The notes: a model not told the origin generated them from the letters alone. 63,739 nucleotides of DNA, filler included, from Choristocarpus tenellus KU-1152 (GCA_964200185.2; 8 parts of 8 records of this genome joined end to end with filler, not necessarily neighbours in it); one strand, 5' to 3'; numbered from the whole stretch's first letter, positions 25,990 through 39,663 are shown. A program made the numbers and translations.

Positions 25990-27930
25990 ATTGTGTTAGG
26001 CTCCCATCTCTTTCTTTTTTCTCTTCTTCCATACTGACACAAACAGCAGTCTAAATCTGCACAGCTTCTTCATCGAGCCTCTGATCACCTCTACCTTCTG
26101 AACTATTCCAAGGACGAATTGACTGTCCATCACTTGTTTGTCTCTGTATCTTCATAATCTTGCTCCTCCTCAACCCCCTTCCTCGGCACTTCCCCAATAC
26201 TCTCCTACGCCTCTATCCCTCTTCCTCCAGTTCCACTATCTCTTTATTTTCCTTGTCGATCTGTGCGTGAACATGTCCTAGTCGCCGTTTCACCCAAGTC
26301 CCGAACCTTCCACGTTCGTTTGGACTTTTGCAACCAACAACTTGTGTTTCTCTCCTTCCCGTCTATCCTCGACCACTAGGGTGGGATGACTTCCTTCAAA
26401 GTAACCCTAGCTCTCTCTATCCCTTACCTCTTCCTTTACGCTACTAACATATCATTATTCAAAATTGAACCGTGGACCGTTCTTCCATGCATAATTCCAG
26501 ACCCTTCTTCCAGAAGACAAATATCAGTTTCAAACTCGAAACTATCTGCTTGTGGCTATATAAATTTGGATTATTAGGCAACTGCACAGTCACCTACATG
26601 AAACCTACATGAAAGACCTGCTTGCACCACCACGGTTAAGTCCACTAAGTGGAGCAGACAACTAGAACTTCCCCATAGAAAATGGTATACCTGTGGGACG
26701 ACAGGATCCTCATCTTTCCAGTGCAATGCTCAACTTTGATAGATTGAGATGGCGGGCTTGCTTTCTCATGATCCACCCTGTTGCAAAGTCCCCACACCTC
26801 CAATTGTGATACCCTGTGTGAGAATTCCTTGTATCTAGTGGATGACTTTGAATAGCATTAAATAGTAGTGCCAAACCCCCTTGTTGCCCGGATAGTTGAA
26901 GATATCAGCTACCCAGCGGAAGAATCAACTCCTTTCTCTCACCTCATTCAGTCTACTTGGGGACCAAAAAGTGTACCTGAGGAACGCCTCGACCTTGATC
27001 TTTACTATGAGGGTTTTTTAGGTAGAGAGAACTACACAGAGTACCTCCCAACACACCTGCAACAGATCTGACAAATTAATCGAGAGAGCAAACATTCATC
27101 ATAGAACGGTTGAGATCATGTACAGTGCTCCTTAACATTAAGTCGGTTGACCTCAACGCTCATAGAGCTGAAGTCCTCAATCAGCATCCCACATCCATGG
27201 CACTCCCTCATGCACCGACAATAGTCGAAGTGGATAAAGCACTCTGGATAATAGGAAATGGATAGGTCATAGTTCCAAACAATCTTCCAGCTGAGATCAT
27301 TATACTTGGTCTAAACGAGGACGAAACCATGCTTATGTGTTAGGTGTGTGGGACCAGGCATCAAATATAGCAAGTACACCTATTCACTATTGTTACATAA
27401 TAGCATCATAGTAGGAGCAGATGAAAATGTTATACGAATCCTGGTACTCTAGGCAAAGTACTTTTCTTTTTGAACCAGCATCAAAGTGTAACCGCCTCCC
27501 ATCCCTTCACTGAGCTCCTCGTCGATCCACTGGTTGAAGTAGACCACCCATGCATCCTTAGTTCCGTATGTTGCTCCTACGAACGGATTATTTTGTCGTC
27601 GCACCATTCAAGCCTTCCTTGACAGGGCAGGTAGCTCTTCCTCCATCGAGGATGATACTGACAAACAGGAGGGGAAAGGGAATGAGAAGGTAAACTATGC
27701 CGGGCAAGATAGTCAGTTTGCCATGTGCAAAAGAGGGCGTGGAAGTGGAAGTAGCAGTGAAGGTGGAAGCGTAGGTTGCGACAATGGACAGTCAAACAGG
27801 GTAGGGTCTACAAACATGTTCATTAGGGGCAAAGGGGTAGGGAGTGGAAGTGGTATTAGAGGAGAAGGAATCGGAGGATGATGAAATTGTGTTGGTGTCG
27901 GTTGTACCTGTGAGTGCGTTTTCACGTATT
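25990..27930 (-). pseudogene. Decayed coding-like region, possibly a DNA-transposon (MULE-like) ORF
   Basis: Many stops; only a weak CRFH-like motif that overlaps an 11-nt duplication. Confidence 0.2.
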
Positions 27931-28314
27931 TATTATCATCATCATTGGTCTGGCGTCTAATGCCCTGGTGCAGGGAGAGAGTGTGTCATCACCAGTTGAG
28001 GCACATCATGGGTAACGAATATAAATTGAAGACGAGAAATGATTATGTATATATATAAAAAGATGCTTTGGCGAGGTTAAGATGCTCATTTGTAATGTCC
28101 ATATTTAAATCCCAAGGTTTTCATCAATGAAGGAAGATGCTAGTGACTTTGGTGAAGCGAAACTTCAAGTATCTGTTGTTCACAACTCTGCCGAGCACTC
28201 AGGGTTTCCCGTCATTTTTTGTCAACATTTGTAAATATTTGTCAACGAAGAAGCCCTTCTAGTCGAGGGGGATGAGGTAGATTGTGTTATGGAGGAGAGT
28301 TGAAGTATACTGGA

Positions 28315-28550
28315 GGCACTCAGGTTTTGATCGTTTTGCATTTTAAGACACCTTTCTCATATTTTACAATTATATTTTTTAATGGTTGAAGTGCTAAGAT
28401 TGACTCGAGATGGTTGGGATTCTCATAGTCTAAATAATCTTCGACAGGATTCAGATAGTTTTCTATACGGATGTGTACAAAAAGTCAATTTTTGCACATA
28501 AGTTTTCAACATCCTTAAAGTGCAATCCTGACTACCTCTCGTTTACTTTA
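28315..28550 (+). repeat. Dispersed repeat family C (unclassified), subtype A
   Basis: Collinear similarity to 37755-37997 and 54590-54800: caggttttgatcgttttgcattttaag...gtgctaag...attcaga...catcctt...ctctcg. Confidence 0.75.
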
Positions 28551-30486
28551 TGTCAGGATATGCTGCAAAGGGTTGATGTTTGAAACCTCTTCTTTCTCAG
28601 CATTAGAGGTGCACCCTGCCCAACACCCGAGTCTGAGCATGGGGTTAGAGCAGTTGCTCGTGTAGAATGTATAATACTGTATATAGTACCATGTCTATGA
28701 TTGTGTGGTACATGAGGATTGCGTCTCTCTGGCAGGGAGGATCTCATAAATGCATTCTTAATATACATACCCCATGTAAAAACACACACACACAATTAAG
28801 AATAAATAGGGAGATCCGTCTCACGTCCATCTTACGGTAATTAAAAATAACAGTACCATCCCAAACTTTTGTTGTAGAAAACATTAAACTGTAGTGTTTT
28901 GTATGGGGATTGTGTCTCCCCACCACTAGCAGCAGGGAGGATAACATGCAGTTTGAGTTGTCCGAGGTTTTGAAGATGCTAAAAAACCTCTATATCACCC
29001 AACAATCATGTTCTCCTAAGGCCTTGCAAGAAATGTGGCAAGCACGACTAGAAGTAATGGCTGGCAAATCTATATTATTTTCTTCTCTGATATTCACCAG
29101 ATCAGATTAGATCGTCAAACCAAAATATAAACCTACTGCTTAACCAAACATGCCACCATGTATTTACCTGTGATCCCAACCAATCGATTGTTTCGAAATA
29201 TATTATTAGTTACCACAAAACAAACAAAACAAGGTATGTTCACGTAAGTGTTGTCGCTTGTACACCTAACGATCAGTATTATTCAAAACCCTCTGCAAAC
29301 ATCAACCCTTCCATTTTCAACTCTTCAATTCTTCCTCACCCCGTAACTCCATACCTCTCTTTCTATCACTTCAATGAAGTATCGCCCACCACCAACAACA
29401 GAGTATTTATTTGCGAAGTTTTGGAGTAATTCAGATATATATGATGTGTAGTCCTGTATGTACAAATGAAACAATAATGTAGAATGCGAAGAGTTCTGTG
29501 TGTGTGTTCGTCTTTGTCTCTCTCACATAGTTGTCATGCTCTTCTCACTAACACCCACTGAATTTGTTATGCAATGTATGAAATAATAGAACCCCTTTGT
29601 ATCGATGTATATCACCATCAATACCACCACTATTAATTGTAGGTCCAAAAGTCCAGGTTTATGGTTTGAGGAAAGGACACAATTGATATAATTCCTAATT
29701 TTATAATTTTATAATTTATTCTATTTATTTTTTGGGTATATACCACTCTATGTATAAGGTAATATTTTTGTATCATAATAATCAAATCATAACCAATCAA
29801 CCCCAAAATATGCTGATGATGGCCTCTAACACTACCGCGCGCAAGTGTACAAAGGTAATTTTCTTAACAAGAATTCATTTCGTGTTGCTAATTCTAGGGA
29901 TACTGATTCCCATTCAAGTGTGATCTGTCTCTGGAGGTGACCTGGTTTTGCCAGGAGGGTATCACAGGCCTTAGGGAAATAGGCCGCCCTACATTGCAAA
30001 CAGGCATGAAGCACGTAGGAAAGAAGTCAGAGGTGAGGAGGAAGGTATACAGGAAGGAGATGCAAGTGTAATATCATCAGAGAACATTGCTTCCTTTTAT
30101 GGTAGCTCAACACTCTCCTTCATCAATTCATCAATACCCTTAGAGAATGTTACCAACTATGTAATCTGTAACCTACCTTCCGTGCCACTGTTTGCTTCTG
30201 ATTAATGGAGTTTGCTGTGTGTGGACATAAGTTCTAGCTCGATGTGACCACAGTGTTACAGACAAGACCACATTTTAATGACAATGCTTGCAATTTGGTT
30301 GGCATGCGGATGATATGGTTTAGTTGGTCCATTTGCTTTCATTCGCATGACGATATGAATGGGGATAAAGATGCACCCCCCTGTAGTGTAACTCCCGTCA
30401 TGTTTTGGTCAGTTGAGCCGAAACGAACATTGTCTCAAATTACCGAGAATCGCACTTCGTGGTTCACCAGGGTAAGGGGCCCACAG

Positions 30487-33400
30487 CAGAGGAGAGGAAT
30501 TCCGCCAAGTACTGGCATGACAAGTATAAGCGGAGGACTGAGGACTTCTGCAAGCTGTCGGTGGCGAGTACAACTTCCGTGAGTGTATAGTTTGAGATGC
30601 CTATGGCAACTTTCTATATAGATAGAATTGCCATGTCACACCGAATCTACTGGCTGATGAACGACGCAATCTCACCCAACCCCAATTATATTGAAACGTA
30701 CCGATGCTAGTCTAGGGCTGGAACCAGGAACTGCTGCTATCCTCTTGTCTAACTGCAGAGGTGACCGTTCTCGTGTTTCTTTTCCTTGGTACAGAGAGAC
30801 ATCGCTACCAAGTATATCGATGATTTGCATTGGGAACTTTCGCAGCTCAAGGCAAAAGTAGAGGTGCTCACACTACAAGACGCACCCCAGGAAAGAGCAA
30901 TGGTAAAATGCATGGATTTGCTGACAGAATCCACTCTTGTTTCCACGCCCTTTCATCTCGTTGAGGTAGTTGAGATTGTCTTGTTCGGCTTTCCCGGTAT
31001 CCTTCGAACTGCATGCATAGAGTGTCTTGAAAAAATTAAGCTTTCATTCCCCTTTCCCTCCTCGTCCCCCTCTCCAAACAATATTTCCACCTCTGCCTCC
31101 TCAGCTGCAAACACAACCCGAAAGAGTCCCATGTCATGTTACGACTCCCCTCCTCACTGCGAAGCTGGCATGAATGAATGGGTGACTTTACCCCTCTCCT
31201 AAATGGAAACGTGCTCCACTTAACCCAACAGCGCCCACACCATCAGAAGTCTGGGCAGTTCCCTGGACAACTCTCCACATCCGTGCCACACCCTGACTTT
31301 CTGCGAGGGTTTGACATGGATTACTTGTTGGCATCACAGAATACCCATGAAGTCAAGGATGCACTTGTCAAGCTGCACCAGCTGGTATGGATAGCACTGA
31401 TATTTACGAAAGCTTTGTGGTCCATCGCCAATATGTGTCTCTCACTTGTCTCAGCTATTTTGCATTGGAACTCTTTCAGCCTATTACGTCATATTTCTTT
31501 GGAAGAGATCTGGTCATTGTAGGCACTACTCAGAAGATAACAAGACTGTTGAGCAAGTCTTAGCTAGGGACTGGTAGAGTGCACAATTGGTACTTTTTGG
31601 TTGAACCCTCCCCTTATCGACTTGATTGATCGTCCTTCAGGTTATAGCTATGCACGAAGAACTTGCAGCTGCAGACGATGATCTGAAGGTGTCACAAGCC
31701 AATGTCGAGGAGCTCATGGGCCTGGTGCAGGAAAAAGCAAGTGACCCTCCCTTACTCCCCACCCGAACATTTCCCTTGCCACTCTTTTCGCCACTATGTC
31801 AGCTATGGCTTTGCACAATGTACTGCATCTCCACCCGACCAAATTAGAACTGCCTCTGCAAATGTCACATGGTCCTTGAGACCGTGTCCCTAATATTTCC
31901 CTATCATTGAATGCAGGATGAGAGGCTAGAAGAGTGGGAAACAGCTTACAATGAAGTTGTTGCTAAGGGTCAGCTAGGGCAGTGGGAGACAGCATATGGT
32001 GAGGTAGTTGCCAAAGGACACAAGGTCCCGGCCTTGCCCCTTCCAATGGCAGGTTTGACTGATTTGGCAGACAGGGCAACTCCTGTCCTGCCCGCTGCAG
32101 GGGCTCCTTTGTCATCTGCCATGCTAACTCACAATGGAAATTTTTTGCAGGTGTGTGGTGTTACAATAAAGTGATACAGTATAGTGATCATTTGTAGAGC
32201 TGGTTGAGAAAATATATGATTTTCATCATGAATCCACTAGAAAACGCTTGGGTGAGAAAAATTTCTAACCCACTAGGAAAGGCTACGTTTATGATGAATT
32301 TTATGGAAAATTGCTTAAGTGCTTTTGCACAAGAAATGAATCGACCAATTGAAATGTTTTGATTGTGATGCTTAATGGGCCTTTGATTTAATGAATCCCT
32401 TCAAATGAATTGTGATTCGCAACACTGGTGAGTTGGAGTTAGGATTCAACGTCTACTTTTGAGTTGAGAAGGATTTCTTGGTGGGTGGGCGATGCATATA
32501 TTTCCAGAGTGCTTGTTCTATCTAAAATACCCAAGGTGAATTCACACTATGTTAACAGATACTCTTACGTGTTGGTTTGTCCTATACATGCCTCAGGCGT
32601 TTTCACGCTCAAGTTGAAGGCGGGAAAAGGAATGTTCAGTCCCGGTTAAGAGACGTAGGTTGTTCAATTTTTTTTTTCATTGTATTCACCAGTATTTTGA
32701 ACTCCCTTCCTAAAGACTATTAACACTGGTGCTTGACATCCAAATCTTTTTAGTCTCTCTGCATTTACCCCGTGTATCTCAACGCGAGATTGATAATAGC
32801 ACAATTTCAGTGCTGCCCGTTTCCATTCCCCCAACCCCCCCCGCCCTGATCCTGTGTTGTGTTGTGTCTCCTGCAGCCGAGTGAGGGTGTTGCAGTGGAA
32901 GATCACCGCCATCCCCCTTCTCACAATTTCAGAGAGTCGAGGGGTGCGGTCTCTGCGCCTCCCACCTCCCACTCAGGTTGGAACCCAATGCAGCAGCGGC
33001 AATGGCAAGAGGAGGTGCTTCACATACAGGAAGATGTTATGGGCAAGGAGGTCGGGCAAGGAGAGGTGCTTCATGTGCAGGAGGATGTTATGGGTAATGA
33101 GATGGCGCAAGGAGAGGTGCTTCATGTACAGGAGGATGTTATGCAACAAGCGACAGGGCTGGGGCAGAGGGATGGGGGAGAAGAAATTAGTCCAGAGGAT
33201 GTTGTTGGGCATGATCGGCCACAACGAGACTCTACAAGTCCCCCTCTGGAGGAAGTGCAAGGAAGAGAGGGGCAGGAGGAGATCGAGGGAGCAAGGGCGG
33301 GGCAGGGGAATGCGCCTATGGTGGAGGAAGGTGACATGGAGGGCAATGTTTATGTCTTGAATGGATCTTCTGCTGGGGTAGCTGATAGGGAAGCTTTTGA

Positions 33401-33525
33401 CAGCGTGAGCAAAGGCTTTGATGGTTTGAATGGGGGCAGTGTTGGCTACTGGGATAATGGACAGGTTGGGGGAGGAGCAAGCCATGGTTTTGTTACCAGC
33501 GCAGAAGCCCAGCGGGAAGGGCAGG
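30487..33525 (+). CDS. Partial multi-exon coiled-coil/low-complexity protein with internal peptide repeats
   Basis: Exons about 30487-30578, 30795-30902, 31232-31384, 31641-31736, 31917-32150, 32877-33525; repeats WETAYxEVVAKG x2 and EVLHxQEDVM x3. Confidence 0.65.
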
Positions 33526-33675
33526 TATGTTGCCTTTGGACCGCCCGCTATTGCACTCATTAAAGCTGGGTTGTTTAGAACGGTTTGTGATTTAGTGCTA
33601 TATGCAGGTGTCTGAGGTCATGAAGTGTTTCCTTTTGGGGGGGGACTTTTTTTTTTTTGTGTGACACCTGTTCTG

Positions 33676-33775
33676 NNNNNNNNNNNNNNNNNNNNNNNNN
33701 NNNNNNNNNNNNNNNNNNNTTAATTAATTAANNNNNNNNNNNNNNNNNNNNNNNNNNNNNNNNNNNNNNNNNNNN
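33676..33775. other. Artificial contig spacer
   Basis: N44-TTAATTAATTAA-N44. Confidence 0.97.
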
Positions 33776-33846
33776 CCCAAAAATCGAGACATGAAAAAAT
33801 TGACCCCAAATGGACAGACGCCACCCCCTCCAAGATACTTGGACCC
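33776..33846. mobile_element. MITE family B, 3' part at contig start
   Basis: cccaaaaatc..gacatgaaaaaattgaccccaaatggacag...agatactt. Confidence 0.75.
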
Positions 33847-34824
33847 TAATTTGCCTCATGCCAAGGGATCGCCTGTATTGATTACCACCTCAATGTGTAC
33901 TGAAAGATTGGTCCCTTCGTTTGGTTGGACTAAAAAGAACTGGACTATTAGAGTTTGATGGTAACATTTTAGATTTTTTTTTTATAATACCGGTATCACT
34001 TCTTGAAGTGGGACATGAGGGGTTAGCTACGAACACGATGCCCTGGAGGCAAAACCCAGACTAGCTATAATTTCCTTGGTTGACACGACACCATACTACT
34101 AGCCCTATCCATACATCTAGCACTCACTGTAATAGGGCATTCTCACGTTCTACATTTGATCTTTGCTCAGTACTACCGTATATGCACTCTGCACAATATT
34201 CTCACCATTCTTGTATGAGAGTTATAGTTATGTAGTGGTATACACTCGATCAGAATGGGAGCCTGAAAAACTTCGTGAGGACTGAATCGATTCACTTTAG
34301 CAATATTCGAGTAGTACTATTTCTTTGAATGCCTTGCCTATTTCTTGAACCTGTGACTGTAGGCCTGGCCCGTCTTGAGCAAAATATTTCAAAGTACGTG
34401 AAATGTACAAGTACGTCAACATTTTCTGAGTCCAGTACATTTATTCCAAAACACACTTTTTTGAGGCCTTGTTTAAGGTGGTCATCGCTCAACATGGACG
34501 GTGGAAGGGAAAAGAAGTTACTTGTTTCAAATCCGGAACTGGGTCTGCTACAATCATAAGTATAATTACGAGTAACTAAAAGTTGATTTCTTTCAATGGA
34601 AAAGCTCATCGGAGCAGGAGACAAAGGCTGACATGGTAACACCTCTTCTGTCATAAAAGTATGAATAGAGTGAGAAAAACAAGAGGAGTCAAGTCCTTGA
34701 TTTTCCCTCCTTTGAGGTAGAAAAAATATGACGGAGTTGAGGTAGTATCATGGACAGTGGGAAGCAGAGAGAAATGTTAGCCTTACTATTGTTTCCTATA
34801 CCTCTCCCCCACTTCCTTCACCAG

Positions 34825-37800
34825 GGCTACTCGAACCCTGTGGAGGCAAAACTTGTTGTACGAGAGGCACTGTCCACTATCAAGAGATACGGGAAGGATA
34901 AGGAGATCTGCGTCATAACCTTTTATAACAAGCAGAAAGCGGTCCTGAAAGAGAAGCTCGAGCCATATCGTGTCAAGGGTAACCTTGGTGTCCATACAGT
35001 GAGTGGGGTGGGAACTGATATTGGAAGATCGAAAGAGAAAATGATCTAATAATGTAAGTTCGGGACGATTTCGGCTTGGTCGTTATTGTATTTTATTGTG
35101 GGGAGGATTGGATGGACCTTGTAGGGTATATGCCTACCTCCTCTCACACTGTGGCATCCTCCATGATAGATGTTTTGTATCTTCTATCTTGACCAAAAAT
35201 GATCGGGATAGGGTTATAACCGCGAGAGAAGCTCTATGTTCACTATATTTGGATACATACAGTGCAATAGACAACATGACAATAGAATGTGAGAGGGCAA
35301 AATAAAAGCTAGGTTGGAGGCATAGTATTGGAGTGGTGTAGCATAGATGGTAGAAAAATAGTAAATAGGAGATAGAAAAAAGTACTTCAATTTATGACAA
35401 GTGTTACTTTTTCAGGGGTTCTGATATAATATTAGCTTTTCATTGATTTTCCCTTGACGCACCTGAAAAATGTCAGAAGGTAAAATAACAAAAAAGTAGG
35501 GTTAGTGCTATCGTCTAACTCTGGTAAGTGATTATGAAACGACCACCCGAGGTTTGAAGAACTGTAGATACATATATTTTACTATATCCCCTTTGACATT
35601 TTCCAGAGGTGTCAGGTAAAATACCAATATGCTACACCACTGTCCTCCTGTACCTCCAACCTATCTTAGTCCAGGGTGAGGAGCTAGGAAAGCATCCTAA
35701 TAATATTACAAGCCCCTCCTTGCCCATCTCCCTTGTGTCTCCAGCTCAAAACGTATGACACATCCAGATAGAGCTACTTGTGTTGTGACAGAAATTATCT
35801 GTAGTAGACAAGATTTGACAGCCCCTTTCCTCCTGTAGCCTCCTGCCCTTCTCCCCCCTACCGGGTTTTTAGCCAACTCATCCAGAAAGCTTCCTGCTTG
35901 CTTACCGAGGCGCCCAAAACTTTCCATTGCGAACGTGTTGAGGTTATAACTACGAGGGTCAAAAGAACCATCGTAGTGGGTTTGCTTTTGCACCTCAGCT
36001 GTAGCAGCAGCTACACCATTGCTGGTGAATGAGTGGGGTAGATGGGAGGCTGCTTGCATTTCTGGAAACGTAACATCTAGCAGGAGACCTTTGTCTCTGT
36101 AGGAACCTGATCCGGCATCCGCAAGTGTCCCAGCATCGAAGACCAGATCCATGCGGAAATTTCGGAAATTTCGGTCCACTTTCAATTGGCTACCGTCCTC
36201 CATAGTGCAAGGGATGCCCATTCCTTTGCAGAGTTGACCTATACGCTTCATCACTGGTGTGTGTTGGCGTACCCGTATATATAGAGATACGTGTTTAATG
36301 TCTCGGAAACATAACGCTCAGGGCTAGCTTTTCTCCTAGAATGTTCGATCATATTCGCCTATAATGTATAACTTCCGTTACTTATGACAATGTTCGGGCC
36401 ATGTTACCCTATCACGTGTTGTACCAGGACAGTAATTACTCTACCAGGGTTGCAAATAATGATCATTGTCAGGAATACGTTTGTTGTCTTCCCAACGTTC
36501 TAGCGCACATCCTCGATAATGTCGGCACTCTAGAAAATTGTTTCGGTTTGCTCAAGTAATTGCTCCACATACCTGCCCGCTTCCATATTACATTAAAAGT
36601 TGTGATCTACGACTCAAGTCGAGAAAAAATTGAGATTAAAACCGAAAAAGTCTGTCTATTCAATATTTTTTTCAAATTTGTTGACCTCTTGGATGATTAG
36701 TTCGATTAAATTTCTAATTCTCGATTTATTCACAATATACAAAGTAGTATATTACTATACTCACAATGACTTTTGCTGAGAGAGGGTATAGATGAAAACA
36801 ATGGAGGTAAACTGAGAGGTAGTCAGGGTTGAATTCGAAGGATCCTGAGAAAAGGCAAAACACACCGTCTTGTATAATTCCAGAAAGAGGCTTTTCCTTA
36901 TTTGTGATGTCTTTTAGTGGATGGAAAGGGGGAATAATATTTTTGTATACAATATTGTGCATATTGAGCAATGAAATAGAGTGCATTGCAAAGGATAAGA
37001 AAGATGGCCTAGAATGCAAAAGGGCCCAAACCTGCTAACCTCTCAATTGCTTCTCCTCAAGAGTAGGAAGGGTTGGCCCACGTTCCACGTGGAACTGGGT
37101 GTATCATGTGTATAGGGGTAACAAAATTAGGCACCAACACAAAACAATTCTAGAGAGCGAGATTGACGGAGATGTTGATTGTTGGAGTTTAGAGGTAGTG
37201 TTTCGCTTTGGAGAGAGACATCGTCCATACAGTAGGTATAGTGGGCCTTTGTGACGGCCTTCCAGCACATGTGCCCATAATACTCTAAAGGGCGATTTCA
37301 CGCTTGCTTACCTTCATCTCCTCTTCCACAGTTGAAGCCTCCTTATGGGAACCGAGTGAATTTTAGGCATGGGCATGGAGGTGTTAGACAGAAGATTATA
37401 GTAAACTCCTTATACTCACAAGGGCATAGGTCGATCCCCCCTTAGAATATAACATGACTCATCATGTATAAGTTGGGTCACATGACCGTTAGTTTTTTGA
37501 GGTGTGATATGCTTCAACATTTGAAACCCCATCAGAAACGTGGTTCATTGCATTTCAGGGCTACTGCTTTTTTTTGTTTATCGTTGATTTGAATCAATAC
37601 ACTTCTTCAGTAACTGCTCTTGAGGAGTCGTAGGTAATGGTGTGTATCCTGGTAGTGTGCTTGGATATTTGACTAGAAGTGAATTATTCAGATCGTAATA
37701 CCTTCAAAATAGCTCATTGGTACTCAAGGCGACTCCAAACAGCCAAATTAAACGAGAGGTACGCAGGTATTGGTCGTTTTGCATTTTAAGCCAGTTATTC

Positions 37801-38579
37801 AATCTTTTGCAATTAGCCCTTTTTTCTATGGATGGAGTGCTAAGTTTGACTTGGTTAGCATTTATTTCCCTAATTGCTTGAGACTTTTTGACAGAATTCA
37901 GAAAAAATCCTATCCGATTTGGTAGAAAAAGTCGACTGTTACACGTATATTGTCAGCATCCTTCAAATAAAATTGTGGGTATCTCTCGCTTACTTGACCC
38001 AAAGGTAGTTCAAAGAATATAACAACAGGGGGTGCCTCAATATCAATGATATTGGGATATCGTAGGGTACGAAGAAAATATTTCTTACCAGATGAAAACG
38101 GTTGGTTGGTGTAGGAACTGCGAAAGAATAATGGAATAGGAGCAATAAATCAGGTTGGTTCAAGAGGTTAAAACAAATAGGAGAGAGAATGAGGTGTTGA
38201 TGTCAGTTGAACCTATTACATCTTCTGTTGGACGTGGATTTTGTACCAACCTTTCTCTGAACAATAAACAACAATAAATTACAACATAAAGCACAAGTGT
38301 TTTCGTCCTTGGTCGTCCACCACCTTCCCCAAAAAACAACTCTATTAGGTGGATGCTTGTCAGGGTACCGAGGCAGATGTTGTGATCCTGTCCACTGTGC
38401 GCAGTGGAATGTGTCAGAGTTTATCAACTTTTATGAAAGACCCCCGTCGCATCAATGTCGCTATGTCCAGGGCTAAGGAGGCATGCATTGTTGTGGGAGA
38501 TCGCGATACTATGCGGAGCCTTGGTGGTAATACATGGAAGTCCATTGTGGATCATTATTGCGACCACACTCATAAGTAA
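34825..38579 (+). CDS. UPF1/DNA2/NAM7-like SF1 helicase, last two exons (AAA_12 domain)
   Basis: Exons 34825-34998 and 38349-38579: NPVEA...ICVITFYNKQ...HT|VDACQGTEADVVILSTVRS...RRINVAMSRAK. Confidence 0.9.
35706..36270 (-). mobile_element. 5'-truncated non-LTR retrotransposon, restriction-like endonuclease (RLE) C-terminal domain (CRE/R2-like)
   Basis: RMDLV...LLLDVT...AAATAEVQKQTHY...FAMESFGRLG; antisense in the helicase intron. Confidence 0.8.
36805..37050 (-). repeat. Dispersed repeat family C, subtype B
   Basis: Reverse complement aattgagagg..gcaggtttgggcccttttgcattctagg... matches 46316-46555 and shares ends with subtype A. Confidence 0.7.
37755..37997 (+). repeat. Dispersed repeat family C, subtype A
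   Basis: Collinear with 28315-28550. Confidence 0.75.
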
Positions 38580-39620
38580 TAATGTGGCAAGGGACATGTG
38601 TTGTCGGGGCTGTTACAAGAGAAGGTACTCGCAGAGGGAAGAAGTCTCTTCCACTTGTACAACCCTTTTCTTAAAGTTTCTAGTGTTGGAATGGATGGGA
38701 GCTGACCTGAGTCTTCCGTCACATTTGTCCTATACCTGTTGACTATCCAAAGAACATATATTCTTCACTGGGAGGCCATTTCTGCAATCAATTGTACAGA
38801 TGTTGTCAATAAATACAACATCACTTTGTGAATACATCACTAGAAACATTGTAGTGTGTAAGACGATATACTGACAATATTGTGTTGCTTGTGCTGCGTG
38901 AAATAATCTGTGAGGAGCAAAATCAAAACCAGTGTTAGAACGGAGGAATCAAGTTTCTCGTAATGATATACAGAACAGTACTCGCCAGAATATTTTTTTT
39001 GAACCACGATCTTATCTTGTCGGTCTGACTTAGAGTTTTCAACATATTTGCAAATTACCTTGAAATGCGTGCTACTTTGGAATGCCTCACTGCTCTCCTT
39101 GACCACAAACTCAATAATAAACACTGGTTATGATGGACCTACTGCATTCAAGTGGAAGGTAACATTAAGCGCTATCATGATCTCATTGTTGTTTGCACCA
39201 TGACCTGCAATGTTACAATTATCAATATTATAGTTAAAGGACATTACTTCTATGTGGGAAAAGTGTTGGGCTGGTGTAGTATGGGAAAAGACGACTGCAT
39301 GGGTAGATATTTTGTGTGCAATGTGGCAAAGAAATTTGGCCACACAAGGGATGGAAAAGTACTCAGATGTTGTACACTCTACTATTACTAGCACTATACC
39401 CAAGAACAACAGTAATGGCTTATACGATAATGTACTCTCTATATATAGCGTATAAAAATTTGATCCTCACTGACATTGCGCAAGTGTTGTCACGGAGAAG
39501 GTAGCAGCATACAACAGGACTCAATAAACACCACCTCAGCATAGTCTGTACTATTGGCTACAACAACAATGATCGTTGTATCATGAAACATTCTTGGAGT
39601 GTTTTCAACAGCTTGAGTAT

Positions 39621-39663
39621 GACAAACAGGGCAAAAATCGTACCCTCTAAGATACTTCCATTC
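39621..39663. mobile_element. MITE family A, solo 3' end
   Basis: gacaaacagggcaaaaatcgtaccctctaagatacttccattc. Confidence 0.8.

Noticed and set aside
32854-33560. Overlapping ORFs on both strands
   Set aside because: Shadow frames of the repetitive exon at 32877-33525
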